The translations under genes were made by a program, and so were the position numbers. DNA of 53,320 nucleotides from Bigelowiella natans CCMP2755 (lineage: Eukaryota > Protista > Cercozoa), in assembly GCA_000320545.1 (NCBI GenBank), contig ADNK01001521.1, forward strand, positions 1-53,320. The letters are read 5' to 3'. Within the stretch, counting starts at the first letter, position 1. Each line of letters opens with the position of its first letter. The notes below the pieces were generated by a model, which did no database searches, was not told where the DNA came from, and worked only from the letters and a program-made list of their open reading frames with translations. Shown one piece after another: positions 1 to 12,744 of this stretch.

Positions 1-158
1 GCCCCCCCCCCCCCCCCCCCCTTTTGTCTTTTTATCCCGCCCCCATCTCCTATGGGGGGTGTATGGTGTGTCTTGTTCCCCTCTTCCCCCCCCCCCCCCC
101 TCCTCTCTCCCTCTCCCTAATTACCTCTTTCACCCACCTCAACCCCAAACACGAAAAA

Positions 159-2594
159 AGGAATTAGCGCGGACATGGCATCTATGACGTACGACACTAA
201 CGCCTTCCATAACGCCTACTTGGATCTGATCGTGGACGACTTGGACGAGCATGGTAACATTCCTGACGTCGTGCCGCACTTGCGCTATGGGCAGAACCCC
301 GGGGATCCAAGCTGGAGCAGCGCTCTTGTGACGATCATGTAAAAATGGGTGAGGGAACGGAATGAGGAGGGAGGGGGGAGAGCAGAACATTAATAACAGT
401 TGCTCGAAAGTAATATTAGTTAGAGGTAATAGTTGTTTGGGTGATGAGCATGGTAGGAATAGGGAGTTTGACCATCACTTGGGTCAATCACGCCACCCAT
501 TATCAGGTATTCCCGGTACCATTTTGCAAACGACCTTTCCTCGTACCGCAAGCATCGCGACGATGTCAAGTTGTACCTGGAAGGGCTTTGGCGCTTTGTG
601 ATGGAAGAGCAAGGTAAATAGATGAGGTCTTTATCTATTCCGGACTTGATGCCGTCGTTGGTGGTGGTGGTGATGATGATGATGATGATGATGACGACGA
701 AAAAGCCATAGTTCCATCGTACCATCACCATGCTCGGTGTTTGGCTTACCATCGTCGTGTGCTACATACTGCTATGCCTGTAGTCCCCCCCGGCCTAGTT
801 GTGTTGGCTCGTTTTGGTGATTTTGGTCGGATTTGGAGCGTTTGCAGCGGGTTGACGGCTATGCATGAAGCCAGTCAACAACTTTGCTCCCTGCGAGATG
901 GGATGGGATGGGGATGGGTACTTGATCAATGAGTAATATAACATTCTTCTGCAGGTGGGCTGTACCGTATGCTCGCTGTCGGAGTGCAGTTCGGGTATAT
1001 TGGTGAGTGGGTTGCGAATGTGGATGCGGATCGACCTACGATCACGTACACCTCGGTATTCGCGTGGCTCCTTGCATTGCAAAAGTCCGCCGAGATGGCC
1101 ACGGCAGCTGGGGATGAGGAATACGCTGCCATTTTCTCGAAAAACGCTACAGAGGTCTCTCTCTCTCTGTGCGTGTGTGTGTGCTGTATGGATTGAATTT
1201 GAATAAATATGCAAAGTATACAAACAAAAAGCGTAGCCTTCGAATTTGTGGGTCGTTCAGATATTATTCTTAGAGCTTATCGCCATTTTGGAACAACTCT
1301 ATCTCATACATGTTTTCCTTCCCTCTTCACCAAGGTGGCCGAATTGTTTACGGACGTCTACTTCAACAACATCACAAAATGGTTCGAAAACCAGCAGCAG
1401 ACGGCCATGGCACTTGGGTTGCGGCTCAACGTGCTCTCCCCAGAGGACGCAACACTTGCCTCCCAAAATCTTTACAACCGCATCACACAGGCTGACGGTG
1501 GGAATTGGACCACCGGACAAATAGGGTTCAAGTTCCTGCTGCAGCAGCTGGCAAAGTACGGGTACGAGGCACACTACTATCGTATCGCCACTGGCTGGCT
1601 GTCGCAGCAGTAGATGTTGTAGTAGTAACAACAATAGTAATAGGGTTACGCAGGAGAAATCGATGAAGTAGTGGACTTCCGAACCCTTTTAACTCTCGCA
1701 TCCTGCTCCTCCCCGCCTCCGCCCCCCTATCGTCCCTTTTTTGCTCATTCCTCACGTGATAATTCTGTACGTATTTGTGTTATATTTATTGTGCATTGTT
1801 AGCTACGGAAATGTATCCGCCGACTTGGTGACCGCCACCCAATTCCCCTCTCTCGGATATGAGAGGCTGAACACCTACGAACCCGGCATCACCAGCCTGT
1901 GGGAAAGATGGGACGCTTTCAAGATTCAGACAAAAGGAATGGACTCCAGGAACCACCAGTAAACAACACATCATCACAAACTACGCTAGTACGCTACTAC
2001 GTTCGTAAGAGGACGTGTGAGCTTAGCTGCATAGATACTAACACCACCACCGCCACCACAACCACATTGAGAATGAGAGAGGAGGGTAGTTTGAATTTTG
2101 GACGAAGTCTCTCATCGTCCTCCTCACACCCTCGAACGACAACTAATCAGATGGTCCTCTACCGTTGGAACCTTCATCTACGAAATGTGCGGCCTCGTCT
2201 CAAATCAGGAGAAGGGGCTTGGGTTCTCGTTCGAGAAGCCGCTGCAGCTCCGTGCGCAAGGATGCTGTGGTCTTCTAAAGCATGCGTGCGCCAAGACCAA
2301 TAACGCGAATGGGCCCCTCTCCTTCTGCTGGTCCATCGAAGAAGTCAATCGAACCGATGTGCGCGCGCGTATTCCTACTGGAACGCTCAGCGTCATCGAG
2401 GTGCCACTTCGATTGCTTCAGCAGGATGCGGATGGCAATAATGGCGATAGCAACGGCATGCTACCGCTGCAACTACGGATGAAAGAGAAAGGTAGGCGAG
2501 ATGTTTACCACTTCCTTCGGGGTGGTTGGAGCTATTGTTCATCGATGACTGAAATTATTTTGATTATCGTGTTTCTCTCTCTCTTTCTCTCTCT

Positions 2595-2688
<94 letters not shown>

Positions 2689-2933
2689 GAAAGAGATGGA
2701 AAGAGAGAAATTGCGTGTCGACAAGCGTAGAGTCGTCCTCATGTGCTGCATGTTATCTCTATCACAACACAGGCGAGGTATTCTTTGAAGGGATGATATT
2801 CAAGTCCAACACAACACTGGAGCACAAGGACGTACCAGGCCTGCATGCACTTGCTTTCGACCACAAAGCCGCTGCTATCAAGCTCACAGTCGCTTCTGGA
2901 GTTTTTCATTTTCAACTGGACGAAGCTCAATGA
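159..2933 (+). CDS. Alpha-L-rhamnosidase (GH78), multi-exon, 5' part outside window
   Basis: Spliced exons give GH78 motifs: GNIPDVVP..GDPSWSSAL, GYIGEWV, TTGQIGFKFLLQQL, FPSLGYE..TSLWERWD..MDSRNHQW and a C-terminal VASGVFHFQL; stop at 2931-2933. Confidence 0.8.
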
Positions 2934-2934
2934 C

Positions 2935-3535
2935 CTAGCTATCTAGTGACACGATCCTCGCTAGCTCGCCATCTCTGTGCATGCGCACAGTTCAATTTCA
3001 GAGATCCCAATTGAGCAACTGCATGGTCGTTGCGACATGACGCATGCACTCGATCATTTGCCCAGCAGCCCAACTAGCCAACACATGAACGCAATTTCAT
3101 GTGATGACTCCATGCACCGACGACTGGAGCGTTTCACTGTTTGCGATGCATCGATCATGCAGCTGAAGATGTGTACGTACGTCGTCATGCATTGCACGCA
3201 CCACACACACCAACTCCATGAAACTTTGGCATCATGTGCCGTGTGTGCGCATTTTTGCATGAAGCTGCGATGCTGCCCACGCTGGCACGTGCGCAGGGTG
3301 CACACAGGCCCACACGCTTGCACGACACGCTAGCACGACACTCCATGTGGCCATGCAAACCGCAACGGCTTTCTTTGTTGCAATCACGTTGAGAACAACG
3401 TTCCTAGCACATTTGCACATGCATTTTGCACCACCCTTTGTCTCTGCACATGCATGTTCAGTGCAGTCGCACAGGTGCTGTGCCACCATGTCAGATCTGG
3501 GACAAAGCCGATGATGCACACGTGTGCATCACAAA
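2935..3535. other. TpA-depleted, CTAG-sparing intergenic tract
   Basis: In 2941-3535 I count 8 TA, 6 of them in CTAG; normal TA resumes abruptly at ~3538. Confidence 0.85.
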
Positions 3536-3847
3536 AATAGAGGTAAATATTTGGCAAAATTACATACCAATAAGTACCAAAAAAAATTTTCCCAATGAAT
3601 AAAGGTAAGTCAACATTAAGTTTATGTTGCTCCAAAGCTGTACCGTAATCTATGGTTTTTTTTTGGTCCAAATTCCGAGACCACGCGACAGCATTGAAAA
3701 CTACCTGAATTAGATGATTCGCATGATATTAGTTGTCGCAGTATAAAAATCCATTTGTTTTTGGATGTTTGGAATCGAGCCATCATCGGGGAATTTCACA
3801 GCTCTTAATATCACCGACGAGCCACCTTGAGTGAGCGACAGATCGCC

Positions 3848-5245
3848 ATGATGCAGCAGGGGGGCGGACGGAAAAACAACAAGAAAAAGAAGCAGAAGCG
3901 CAAGGACATGGAGTCCAAGCTGGGGACTTCGGGGAGGAAGAAGGCAGGGCGGGTGGTAGAAGGTACAGAACTCGAAGAAGAAGGGGAGGGACGGCAGGGG
4001 GGTGGCGGCATGATGGAAGAACAACCTGGAAAATCGGTGTGGAGGCCCGGATACGATCCTATTGGGGATGATGAAGAGCTTGATTTCGACCAAAGTGCTT
4101 ATATCACGTACCATGCGGTTAATATGGAATGGCCGTGCTTGAGTATAGACGTCCTTCGTGACCCTCTCGGGTTTCATCGAACGAAGTTCCCAATGACGAC
4201 CTACCTGGCCTGTGGCTCTCAAGCGCAGAATGAGAACGCGAATAAGGTGTATCTGATGAAGGTTAGCGATATCAAGAAGACTCAGAAAGAGGACAATGAC
4301 ATGGAAGAAGACGACGACGGTGAAAGCGAGGACGAGTCAGAGCCGACGATTGCAACGAAAACGTTTAAACACAAAGGCGCGATCAACCGCATTCGAGCGA
4401 TGCCACAGGCCTCAAACATCCTAGCAACCATGTCTGAAACGAAGGAGGCTCATATATGGGACGTCCAACACCTACTACAGGCTCTGGATTCCCCGTCCTC
4501 TCAGCAGGGAGGGCTGCCAACTACGAAGCCGCTATTCACTTTCACAGGACACCCAGCAGAGGGATACGCCGTCGACTGGTCGCCAAAGGTACCAGGACGC
4601 CTGCTTACTGGAGACTGCTCGAAACACATATATCTGTGGGAAAGAAACGAATCGGGGTGGTCTGTGGACAAGACGCCTTTCAACGGCCACTCTGACTCTG
4701 TGGAGGACATCCAATGGTCACCGAAGGAGGCTGGCGTCTTCGCGTCGTGCTCGGTCGATAAGACGATAAGGATCTGGGATACGCGTAGGAGGAAGAATTC
4801 CATGCTATTCGTGGCGGCGCATCGATCCGACGTGAATGTAATTTCGTGGAACCCCAACAAGTCGCACCTGCTGCTGAGCGGATCAGACGACCACTCCATC
4901 AAGATTTGGGATCTTCGTAAATTCAAAAGCAGTAGCCCTATCGGCCACTTTAAGTATCACATGGGCGCCATCACGTCTCTCCAATGGCATCCAACCGAGG
5001 ACGCGATGTTGGCTGCAGCGTCTGACGACAATCAGCTGACTGTGTGGGACTTGGCCTTGGAGGCTGACGATGAGCAGAAATCGGTCGGAGCGAACGCCAA
5101 CGTAAAGGACATACCCCCACAGCTGCTCTTTGTGCATCAGGGCCAGACGAATATAAAGGAGCTACGCTTCCATCCTCAAATACCGGGACTGATCACAAGC
5201 ACAGCGGCGACAGGGTTGAATATCTTCAAGCCATGTAACTTATAG
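3848..5245 (+). CDS. GRWD1: Glutamate-rich WD40 protein GRWD1/RRB1 (ribosome assembly), intronless
   Basis: VWRPG..ELDFDQSAY, EWPCLSIDV, WD40 repeats (HSDSVEDIQWSP, DVNVISWN) and the C-terminal IPPQLLFVHQGQ..IKELRFHPQIPG; first ATG at 3848. Confidence 0.95.
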   Translation: MMQQGGGRKNNKKKKQKRKDMESKLGTSGRKKAGRVVEGTELEEEGEGRQGGGGMMEEQPGKSVWRPGYDPIGDDEELDFDQSAYITYHAVNMEWPCLSIDVLRDPLGFHRTKFPMTTYLACGSQAQNENANKVYLMKVSDIKKTQKEDNDMEEDDDGESEDESEPTIATKTFKHKGAINRIRAMPQASNILATMSETKEAHIWDVQHLLQALDSPSSQQGGLPTTKPLFTFTGHPAEGYAVDWSPKVPGRLLTGDCSKHIYLWERNESGWSVDKTPFNGHSDSVEDIQWSPKEAGVFASCSVDKTIRIWDTRRRKNSMLFVAAHRSDVNVISWNPNKSHLLLSGSDDHSIKIWDLRKFKSSSPIGHFKYHMGAITSLQWHPTEDAMLAAASDDNQLTVWDLALEADDEQKSVGANANVKDIPPQLLFVHQGQTNIKELRFHPQIPGLITSTAATGLNIFKPCNL

Positions 5246-5689
5246 CCGTGCCGTAGTCACCGCCGTCGTCGTCAATTAGAGTAGTAGTAGTAGTAATAGT
5301 AGTGGCAGTAGTAGTAGCAATAGTAGTAGAGTAGTTTTAGAGAGCCAAGTGCAGTGATATCTCCACCAGCACCACCAGCAATGCTGCTTCCTGCACGGCA
5401 ACATAGATGTTTTACCAGACAAGACTCAGTGGTTGGAATTTGGGGGGCAACGCGATTCGTAATGGTCCCCCCTTCTTCCAATAGGCTGCTATATGAGAAC
5501 ATGCTGGCATCTTGGCCCCTCAACGTTGTTTTAATAGAAATTTTAATTAAGGCTAAGGCCTCATCAAAAAGTAAAGGAAAAGCTGTACGTGTTCACGTGT
5601 ATTTTATATGATCGATACTATGCGTGTTCGTGTGCACAAACATGCCACACACTCACAGCATACATATTATATGTGTGTACGTACGTACT

Positions 5690-5795
5690 CGCCGAAAGAA
5701 ACAAGCATAATCTTAGCGCTATAGCCGCGGCATTGCATAGCTACGACACAACGATGACCAGTGGGAAAATGTAATCATTTCATCACATCTGTCTT
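5690..5795 (+). repeat. Diverged copy of the MITE right end
   Basis: Matches ~6495-6595 (gcgct.tagccgc.gcattgca.agctac..gatgacca.tg..aaaat.taa.catttcat.acatc.gtct). Confidence 0.65.
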
Positions 5796-6184
5796 ACATA
5801 TGGATCCATGCATGCACGGTTATATAAAAGTAATTTGGAAATTATAAATTGCTATTGCATACAGTACCACGCAACAAATTAATCAACTAAGTGGAGCTGG
5901 CCACAGTCCGAACATATACGATTGTTATACATTATATTGTCACACATACGGCTAAACAGCGTCTAGCACTCGGTGCTATATGCATTTATATTACGTGTGA
6001 TATCAATTACAGATAGGTTTGTCGTATTAATAGCGTGTTACACTTGCTAACATATAATCATACATAGGGAGCATGTACTCTATGGGTTAAAGTGATTAAG
6101 CAATGAAAGGTACAAATGGATGCGCCATTCTATGACCGAACTCAGTTGTGATACGATATGCTAACGCTCGTATGTGCAATATAT

Positions 6185-6595
6185 GAAACGAATCTAATGA
6201 AATAATTATATATTTTCAATAGTCATCGTAATGTAGCTGTGCAATACACATATACATATTTACAAGCAATGTGCGACACATGCAACACATTGCAAGACAT
6301 GGACCACATTCTGCAATGCAGAAAATACGGACCACAGAGACTCAGAATCAACAAACAACTGACGGCCACCATGGATCGCAACGATGAGACTACGCGTCTC
6401 ACAACCGCAGAAAAAGCAACTCGCAAAGCTGCGCGCAAAGCACGACATGCTAGACCAAATCATGATGCATTTTCATGCATGCAACATGTGACCAAGGAAA
6501 CAAACAGACACAATTTAAGCGCTGTAGCCGCTGCATTGCACAGCTACATTAGGATGACCATTGAAAAAATTTAAACATTTCATTACATCCGTCTC
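6185..6595. mobile_element. MITE-like non-autonomous element with ~63-bp imperfect terminal inverted repeats in TA-rich flanks
   Basis: 6185-6247 (gaaacgaatctaatgaaa..ttttcaatagtcatcgtaatgtagctgtgcaatac) is an imperfect reverse complement of 6533-6595 (gcattgcacagctacattaggatgaccattgaaaaaa..tttcattacatccgtctc); the right end abuts (TA)n. Confidence 0.65.
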
Positions 6596-6596
6596 A

Positions 6597-6684
<88 letters not shown>

Positions 6685-6715
6685 TATGTTTGTATATATC
6701 ATTACGAGTATTTAA

Positions 6716-6885
6716 CATCTTAGTCAATAAAGCAAGGTTGGGCATGATAATCACCACATAAAAGTTTCCACATAAATATGGAATAGCGAATGAATGTGCA
6801 TCTTAGTCAATAAATCAAGGTTGGGCATGATAATCACCACATAAAAGTTTCCACATAAATATGGAATAGCGAATGGATGTGCATC
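6716..6885. repeat. Tandem duplication of an ~83-bp unit, 2 copies
   Basis: catcttagtcaataaa.caaggttgggcatgataatcaccacataaaagtttccacataaatatggaatagcgaatg.atgtg starts at 6716 and again at 6799. Confidence 0.9.
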
Positions 6886-8029
6886 ATCTGCCGCCGCCTC
6901 CTCGTAGAAAGCCTTCCGGGGCCACAGTCACCTTTAGTAGTTCCACTTTATATCTCAATTCAGCATTTCCTGGTATTACTTGCGGAGTTGTATCAATCTA
7001 ATGAGTAGATACAAAGGAATAACATAATCCAATGATTAATTGCGAGCTGTAAAACAACTATCGAGAGATCTTTTCCCTCTGAAGTTGGTTCATTCGACGT
7101 GAGTGCATTGATTTTTTGTGCCTTGCTACGCACGTTCTTGTCGCAAAACACTCCGTCGCATGTGGGCTGCACCAGAACTTTCCCTTCTGTGCCTATATCC
7201 ACAACGAGATCGTGTATCAAAGCAAAAATCACAAGGATGCGCAGACAAGATAAAGACCTAGTATTAGTGAGTAGTACCAAATCCAAGATCCGGCGGCACA
7301 ACCACTTCACGCACACCTCCCTCGCGCATTGTACTGAGCTGAATACACATATTAATAAAAGAATGGCTAGTGGTTTCTTTTATAAATAAAATTATCATTA
7401 AATTTCTATTCCAAAATCGAGTGCCTACTCCTTCCATAAGTCCTTCACATATCGCTCCAAAAGGTTTGCCGCCGAAGACGAAGGCTATGGGCTTGTTTCT
7501 GGAATGAATTGCATATATAGTTTTGAGCTGAAGGGATCATTCTAAACTAATTTATGCAAACCTGCTACGTGTCGAGTCGAAAATGCGTCCGTCGGCTGTC
7601 GTAGCGACGTAATGAACAACAACGAGCTTGCCTAAAATTGATTGAGCAATTCACAAATGAAATGATTTGTCATGAAAAGGCTAAGCAGAAAGCTTATGAC
7701 GACCTTGAGAAGGTGTTTTGCCCCTGCCCATTCGCAGATCAGTAACACAGAGGCCGGATTTCTTTGGGAAATGAAACGTCAGCCACGAGTGTCCATGTGT
7801 TTGTGCTATGCGTCTAGCTTACCCAGCAAAGCGCGTTAGAAGATTTTTGCTGCGGAATCGAGACACTAGCCGATGGCGAGGAATTCATCATGGAGAGGTA
7901 TATGGGGAGGAGGCCAGCCATGCTGCGTCTAGCCAGTAGCTGTGTCCCAGGCCCGCCCATCGTCCGTCTGGTTGTTCTGGTATGGTATCTCAGTATCTGA
8001 GTACTTGTGCTCTTTGGTACATGTCGCAA
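6884..8029 (-). CDS. FKBP-type peptidyl-prolyl isomerase, thylakoid-lumen FKBP17-2-like, multi-exon (start uncertain, probably further upstream)
   Basis: Minus-strand exons: KSGLCVTDLRMGRGKTPSQG / KLVVVHYVATTADGRIFDSTR / KPIAFVFGGKPFGAICEGLMEG / STMREGGVREVVVPPDLGFG / QVIPGNAELRYKVELLKVTVAP. An upstream exon has an RR motif (LLARRSMAGLLPIYL) resembling a Tat thylakoid signal. Stop at 6884-6886. Confidence 0.8.
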
Positions 8030-8220
8030 GTGAAAAATGCCTTGCGTTTTGCGAAATTATTCTTGCCTTTCTCTTCCGATTCTTCTCTCGGCTCCCTGCT
8101 CCAAAATGGGCCAGGTCGATGCTGGCATTGTGAAAAAATGAGGGTCTGCCAATGGATGATGGGGGACAGGCTCCTTCTCACTCCGTCATTCTGCGTCATG
8201 GATTTTATTCCCATGTCCCT

Positions 8221-8765
8221 TTCACACTTTGGGTGACCAAAGCACCAGTGGGCCATTGCTCCAGCTGTGATGATTCGTTTGTCTTGTTCGGACGCGTTCT
8301 CCATTCATCTCATTGGTTTCGTTCAATTGACAAACAAACTGGCCTGCGTTCACCACGTCTAGGTGCAGATGTCACTTGTGTGTGCACTTGCACGCACTTG
8401 GGTTCGTTGTTTCAACGTCGGGCAACCACAGACGCTTGAACATCGTGCACGCTCATCCAGTGTTTGGTTGTGGTTTCCAGCTGGTTTGTGCACTTTGCTC
8501 AGTGCAATCCAATCGTTCAGCTCAGCCGATGATGAAGAAACGAGCAGGAGCCGAACGTTGCCGTGCTGGTGATTGTGGTGCCGCATGCTTCATTGTTGCC
8601 ACCGAACCTTGCTTGTTTTGCGGCGAGCAAGTTGCGATGAAGCCGAACGCATCGTGAACCGTGTGCATTCTCGATCACCACTTGGCCACGAAGTCTCGAG
8701 AAGTGAGAACAACTTTCTCCTTTTCCCCTGCGCGTTTGCGTGCGTGCCGGACTCTGGAAGTTCTT
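8221..8765. other. TpA-depleted intergenic tract
   Basis: One TA, in CTAG, in ~545 bp; CpG abundant. Confidence 0.85.
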
Positions 8766-9019
8766 TTTTTAATTTGGCGAGCGCTTCCAACGAACGAGGA
8801 AGATGAACGACTGCGTTCAGTCCAAAACTGATGCCGAAAATATCCCAACAACTTCTTAAAATTTCAGACCAAAAACCAAGTCGTAGGCAAAAAATCGTCT
8901 GCAATTCAGCAATTCAACCAGCGACTGTGCAAATCCCGGTCGCCCACCGCCTCGCCAACCTGTCCGTCATCGCGCTCGTGCTCCTCGCCGCTTTCTCTGG
9001 AACATCATCTTCTGCAGCC

Positions 9020-9464
9020 ATGCAGGAGCTGGCGAAGTTCCAACTCAAAGGCAGCCCGGCCACTGCGTATCGGTCGAAGACAGGTGCTTTGTATGCTGCG
9101 GTATAGCAGGATGTACAGGAGCTATGAAGTGTTCACTCACCCTGCCTTCGGATCTGCTACCCCCCCATACCCAGGAATGACAATCATTCATGTGGATTCA
9201 AAGGGCCCATTGGTGGAGGGTTACCTCGCACTACCGACTGAGGCAAAAAGCAATAAAGGCATCCCCCACACACTGGAGCACCTCATTTTTCTCGGCAGCA
9301 AAAAGTAAGTCCCACTCCCTCTCTGGCTCTTTTCTACCTCATTACTCCATTCGATGTGGAAAGGTATCCTTACAAAGGGCTCCTGGATATGATGGCTAAC
9401 CGATGCTTTTCCGACGGAACGAACGCTTGGTATCTACACGGGGATATCTTTCCCCCCCCCCTCT

Positions 9465-9542
<78 letters not shown>

Positions 9543-9609
9543 GCAACAGATGCAACTGTTGGAGCACATAGATGCATTATATCTGTGTGTAATACTATGC
9601 TATGGCTGG

Positions 9610-9647
<38 letters not shown>

Positions 9648-9721
9648 TCTTCAGGACGGATATCGACCACACATGCTACACGCTCACCACAGCAGGTTCA
9701 GATTGTTAAAAATTGGCGGTT

Positions 9722-9799
<78 letters not shown>

Positions 9800-11196
9800 G
9801 TGTGTACTGTGTTCTGCCGTGTACGTTGATGATTCATCCTGAAAAAATGTGGATGTGATTAGCTTTCCCTCCTTGTAGCTGAGTAGTCGTAGCCTCTAAT
9901 CATTGCATTACCGAAACCCTTTCACCCTTGTTCGCATGTTTCTGTTGCTGTTTCTGGGCGGGGGGGGGGGGGATGTTTAGGGTCCGAGGGCTTCCTGTCG
10001 CTACTGCCGATATACTTGGATCATATACTACACCCAACATTATCCGAGCATGGCTTTGTGACTGAAGTTTACCATAAGACGAAAGAAGGTATCATCATAT
10101 ATTTTCCTACCTTACGTTTGTGCAGCATAGATCACGGCCTGCCTTCGCAAATCTGAACTCTGGCTGAAGGCCCTCACTTCCTCTTCTCCACTCTTTCTCA
10201 CTAAAGGTCGGGATGGGGGCGTTGTGTATTGCGAGATGGAGGCTCGGAATAACGACGAGGACGATCTCGTCGACAACGCACTTCGCGGACTGCTTTATCC
10301 AGGCGACAAGTGAGCGAAGATGTTTCCCTCTACTAGTTGAGAGCAGACACGTGCATCATTTTGGTTAACGATGTCGTATTCTCACGATCATTGCTGCTTT
10401 CTATTTTTTGTATGTATTCTCTCTTCCCTCCTCCCCCCCCCCCCCTCCCCTCCTCCTCCTCCTCCTCTAACCCTTTTTAGGTGTGGGTACAACAAGGAAA
10501 CAGGGGGGTTGTGCAAGGACATCCGGCAGCTGAGCAACGACGAGATTAAATCGTTCCATCAGCAGTTCTACACGCCGCGAAACCTCATCCTCATCGTGTC
10601 GGGCAAGCTTGATACGACAGGCCTCCTCAAAGCCGTAGCATCTTTCGAGGACAACAGGCAGACGTTAGGGGGAGAGGAGGGTGGAGAGGAGAAAGAGAAG
10701 AAAAGAGAAGAGACTACCTTGAATGGCGACGGCCATGAGGCCAAAGACCATGCAGATGCTACTAACAAGCGAGCATGGTCATCTCCAGTCCCTGGAATCA
10801 TACGCGAACAAGGCAGCAGGGGAGTTGTAACACGCGAGGTCACGTTCCCAAGTGAGGATGAGCAGTGAGTGCATTTTCGCTTTTCTCCTCCTCCTCCCCC
10901 TCCTCCCTTCGCCCCAATCTCTCGCAACACGCAGCATCATCATTATCATCATCATCACTATAGAGCGATCATTGCTTGCCCGTCATGGATCAGGTTTGGA
11001 CAGGCTGTGGTAGGGTGGGAGGGCCCTCCCTTCCGAGATTTACTCGCACGCTCGGCCTTGGAAATTCTGCTGACCTATCTTGTGAAGTCTGCCGTGTCGC
11101 CTCTTATGAAGGCGTTAGTCGAATGCGAAGACCCCATTGCCAGCAACATCTGGTGATATTGATTCATTGATTGATTGGTTGATGGATTGATTTATA

Positions 11197-11235
<39 letters not shown>

Positions 11236-11381
11236 ATAAGAAATGGTAGTAGCAGCAGTAGTAGCACGATTGCGATAGCGCCCACAAGACAAACTTGTTT
11301 GTCTTATCCCCTCCGCACGCACTGCACTGCAGCGGGCAATGTACCCTAAAATAACGAGAAGCAACTCGAACGATTTCCTAT

Positions 11382-11415
<34 letters not shown>

Positions 11416-12629
11416 GCCATCCGCTAACATTGTTATCATCCCAAAATCAACGGTGGCACGACAGGTACTCAACCAACACTTTCAAGCGCACCGCATTCAC
11501 GCTGCACGCGTCCGGGGTGGCAGTGGGGAAGGCCCTCGAGGAGATGCCGACGCGCATTAAAAAACTGTTGGAAGAACATCTAGGGACACCAGAGGCAATG
11601 GACATGGCTCACATGGCACGCGTACTAAAAAACTGTCGAGCTTCCGAGCTCCTCAGCCGAGAAATGCATCCTGGCGATGCTGTGTCGAAGACACTCATTG
11701 ACGCCTTCATGTCTGTGAGTTAGAAAGGAGAGGGGGTAGGGGGGAGGGGGAGGGGGGCTTGGGAACGGAAGAGGGGGAATTATGCTATGGTGGGAATGAC
11801 AACAACGACTATTTTTGTGGTTCTTTCAGTCGAACATATCCGAAAGACAGAACGAATCAGCAGTGATCTGGTGTTGTTTTCCTCAGGTATTACCCCGAAC
11901 TATACGCGATTGAGACCAACAAGGATCCATCATTATCATCATCGTCATCATCACCATCATCATCTTCCAACCTTCTCAAGCGTAATGACCACGACTTGCT
12001 CAGTCGTATCGAGGTTTTAAGGGGGTGGGGAGCCGAGGAGTGGTCTGCGTTCGCGCACCGATGGATACTGCCCACAGCTTCCAAGAACGACGACGAGAAC
12101 GCGGCAGAAGAAGCAGCTCTAGAGAAAAACGATGCTGGCGATGATGCGAAAATCGAAACCCGCATTGGCAACGCCCAGACGCAGAGGAGGAAGAAGAAGA
12201 AGAAGAGGAGGGAGAAAAAGGAAAGCGAGCATGGTGGGAACAAAGCGACAATCGAGCTCATTGCTCGGCCGTCAAAGAAGCTGGCACTAGAGATACAGGC
12301 TTCCAAGGAGGCGAGGGTGCGTAGGCAAGCTCCTGCCCTTCAGTCGGAGGGGGACGCACTAGCGCTAAAGCTGGATAAGGCTCTCGCCTTCAACGCACGA
12401 CTGCCTAGCAAACATGTCGTCGACACTGTCAAGGTGCCAGATGTTTCCGGGGTTCGAATGCATGAGATCAAGACCGTCCGCAACGATGGGGGGAGGGGGG
12501 GGCGGATGAGATGCTGGTGAAGGGGCTACCATTCGCAGCCATTGTGTGTGACGTGGACACCGCCTTCGTTGACTTCACTGCGTTGGCCGATGTGGGGCCG
12601 ATTCCGGTATGTGTGTTGTGCCGAATGAT

Positions 12630-12669
<40 letters not shown>

Positions 12670-12698
12670 CCACAAACATTATACATATATAATTATAT

Positions 12699-12744
<46 letters not shown>

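Noticed and set aside
6716-6885. CRISPR-like array
   Set aside because: Only two adjacent copies with no spacers, in a eukaryotic context with no cas genes.
9403-9858. ORFs such as VCVCVC, YIYIYI, LSLSLS and ERERER throughout the window
   Set aside because: They are translations of intronic microsatellites.
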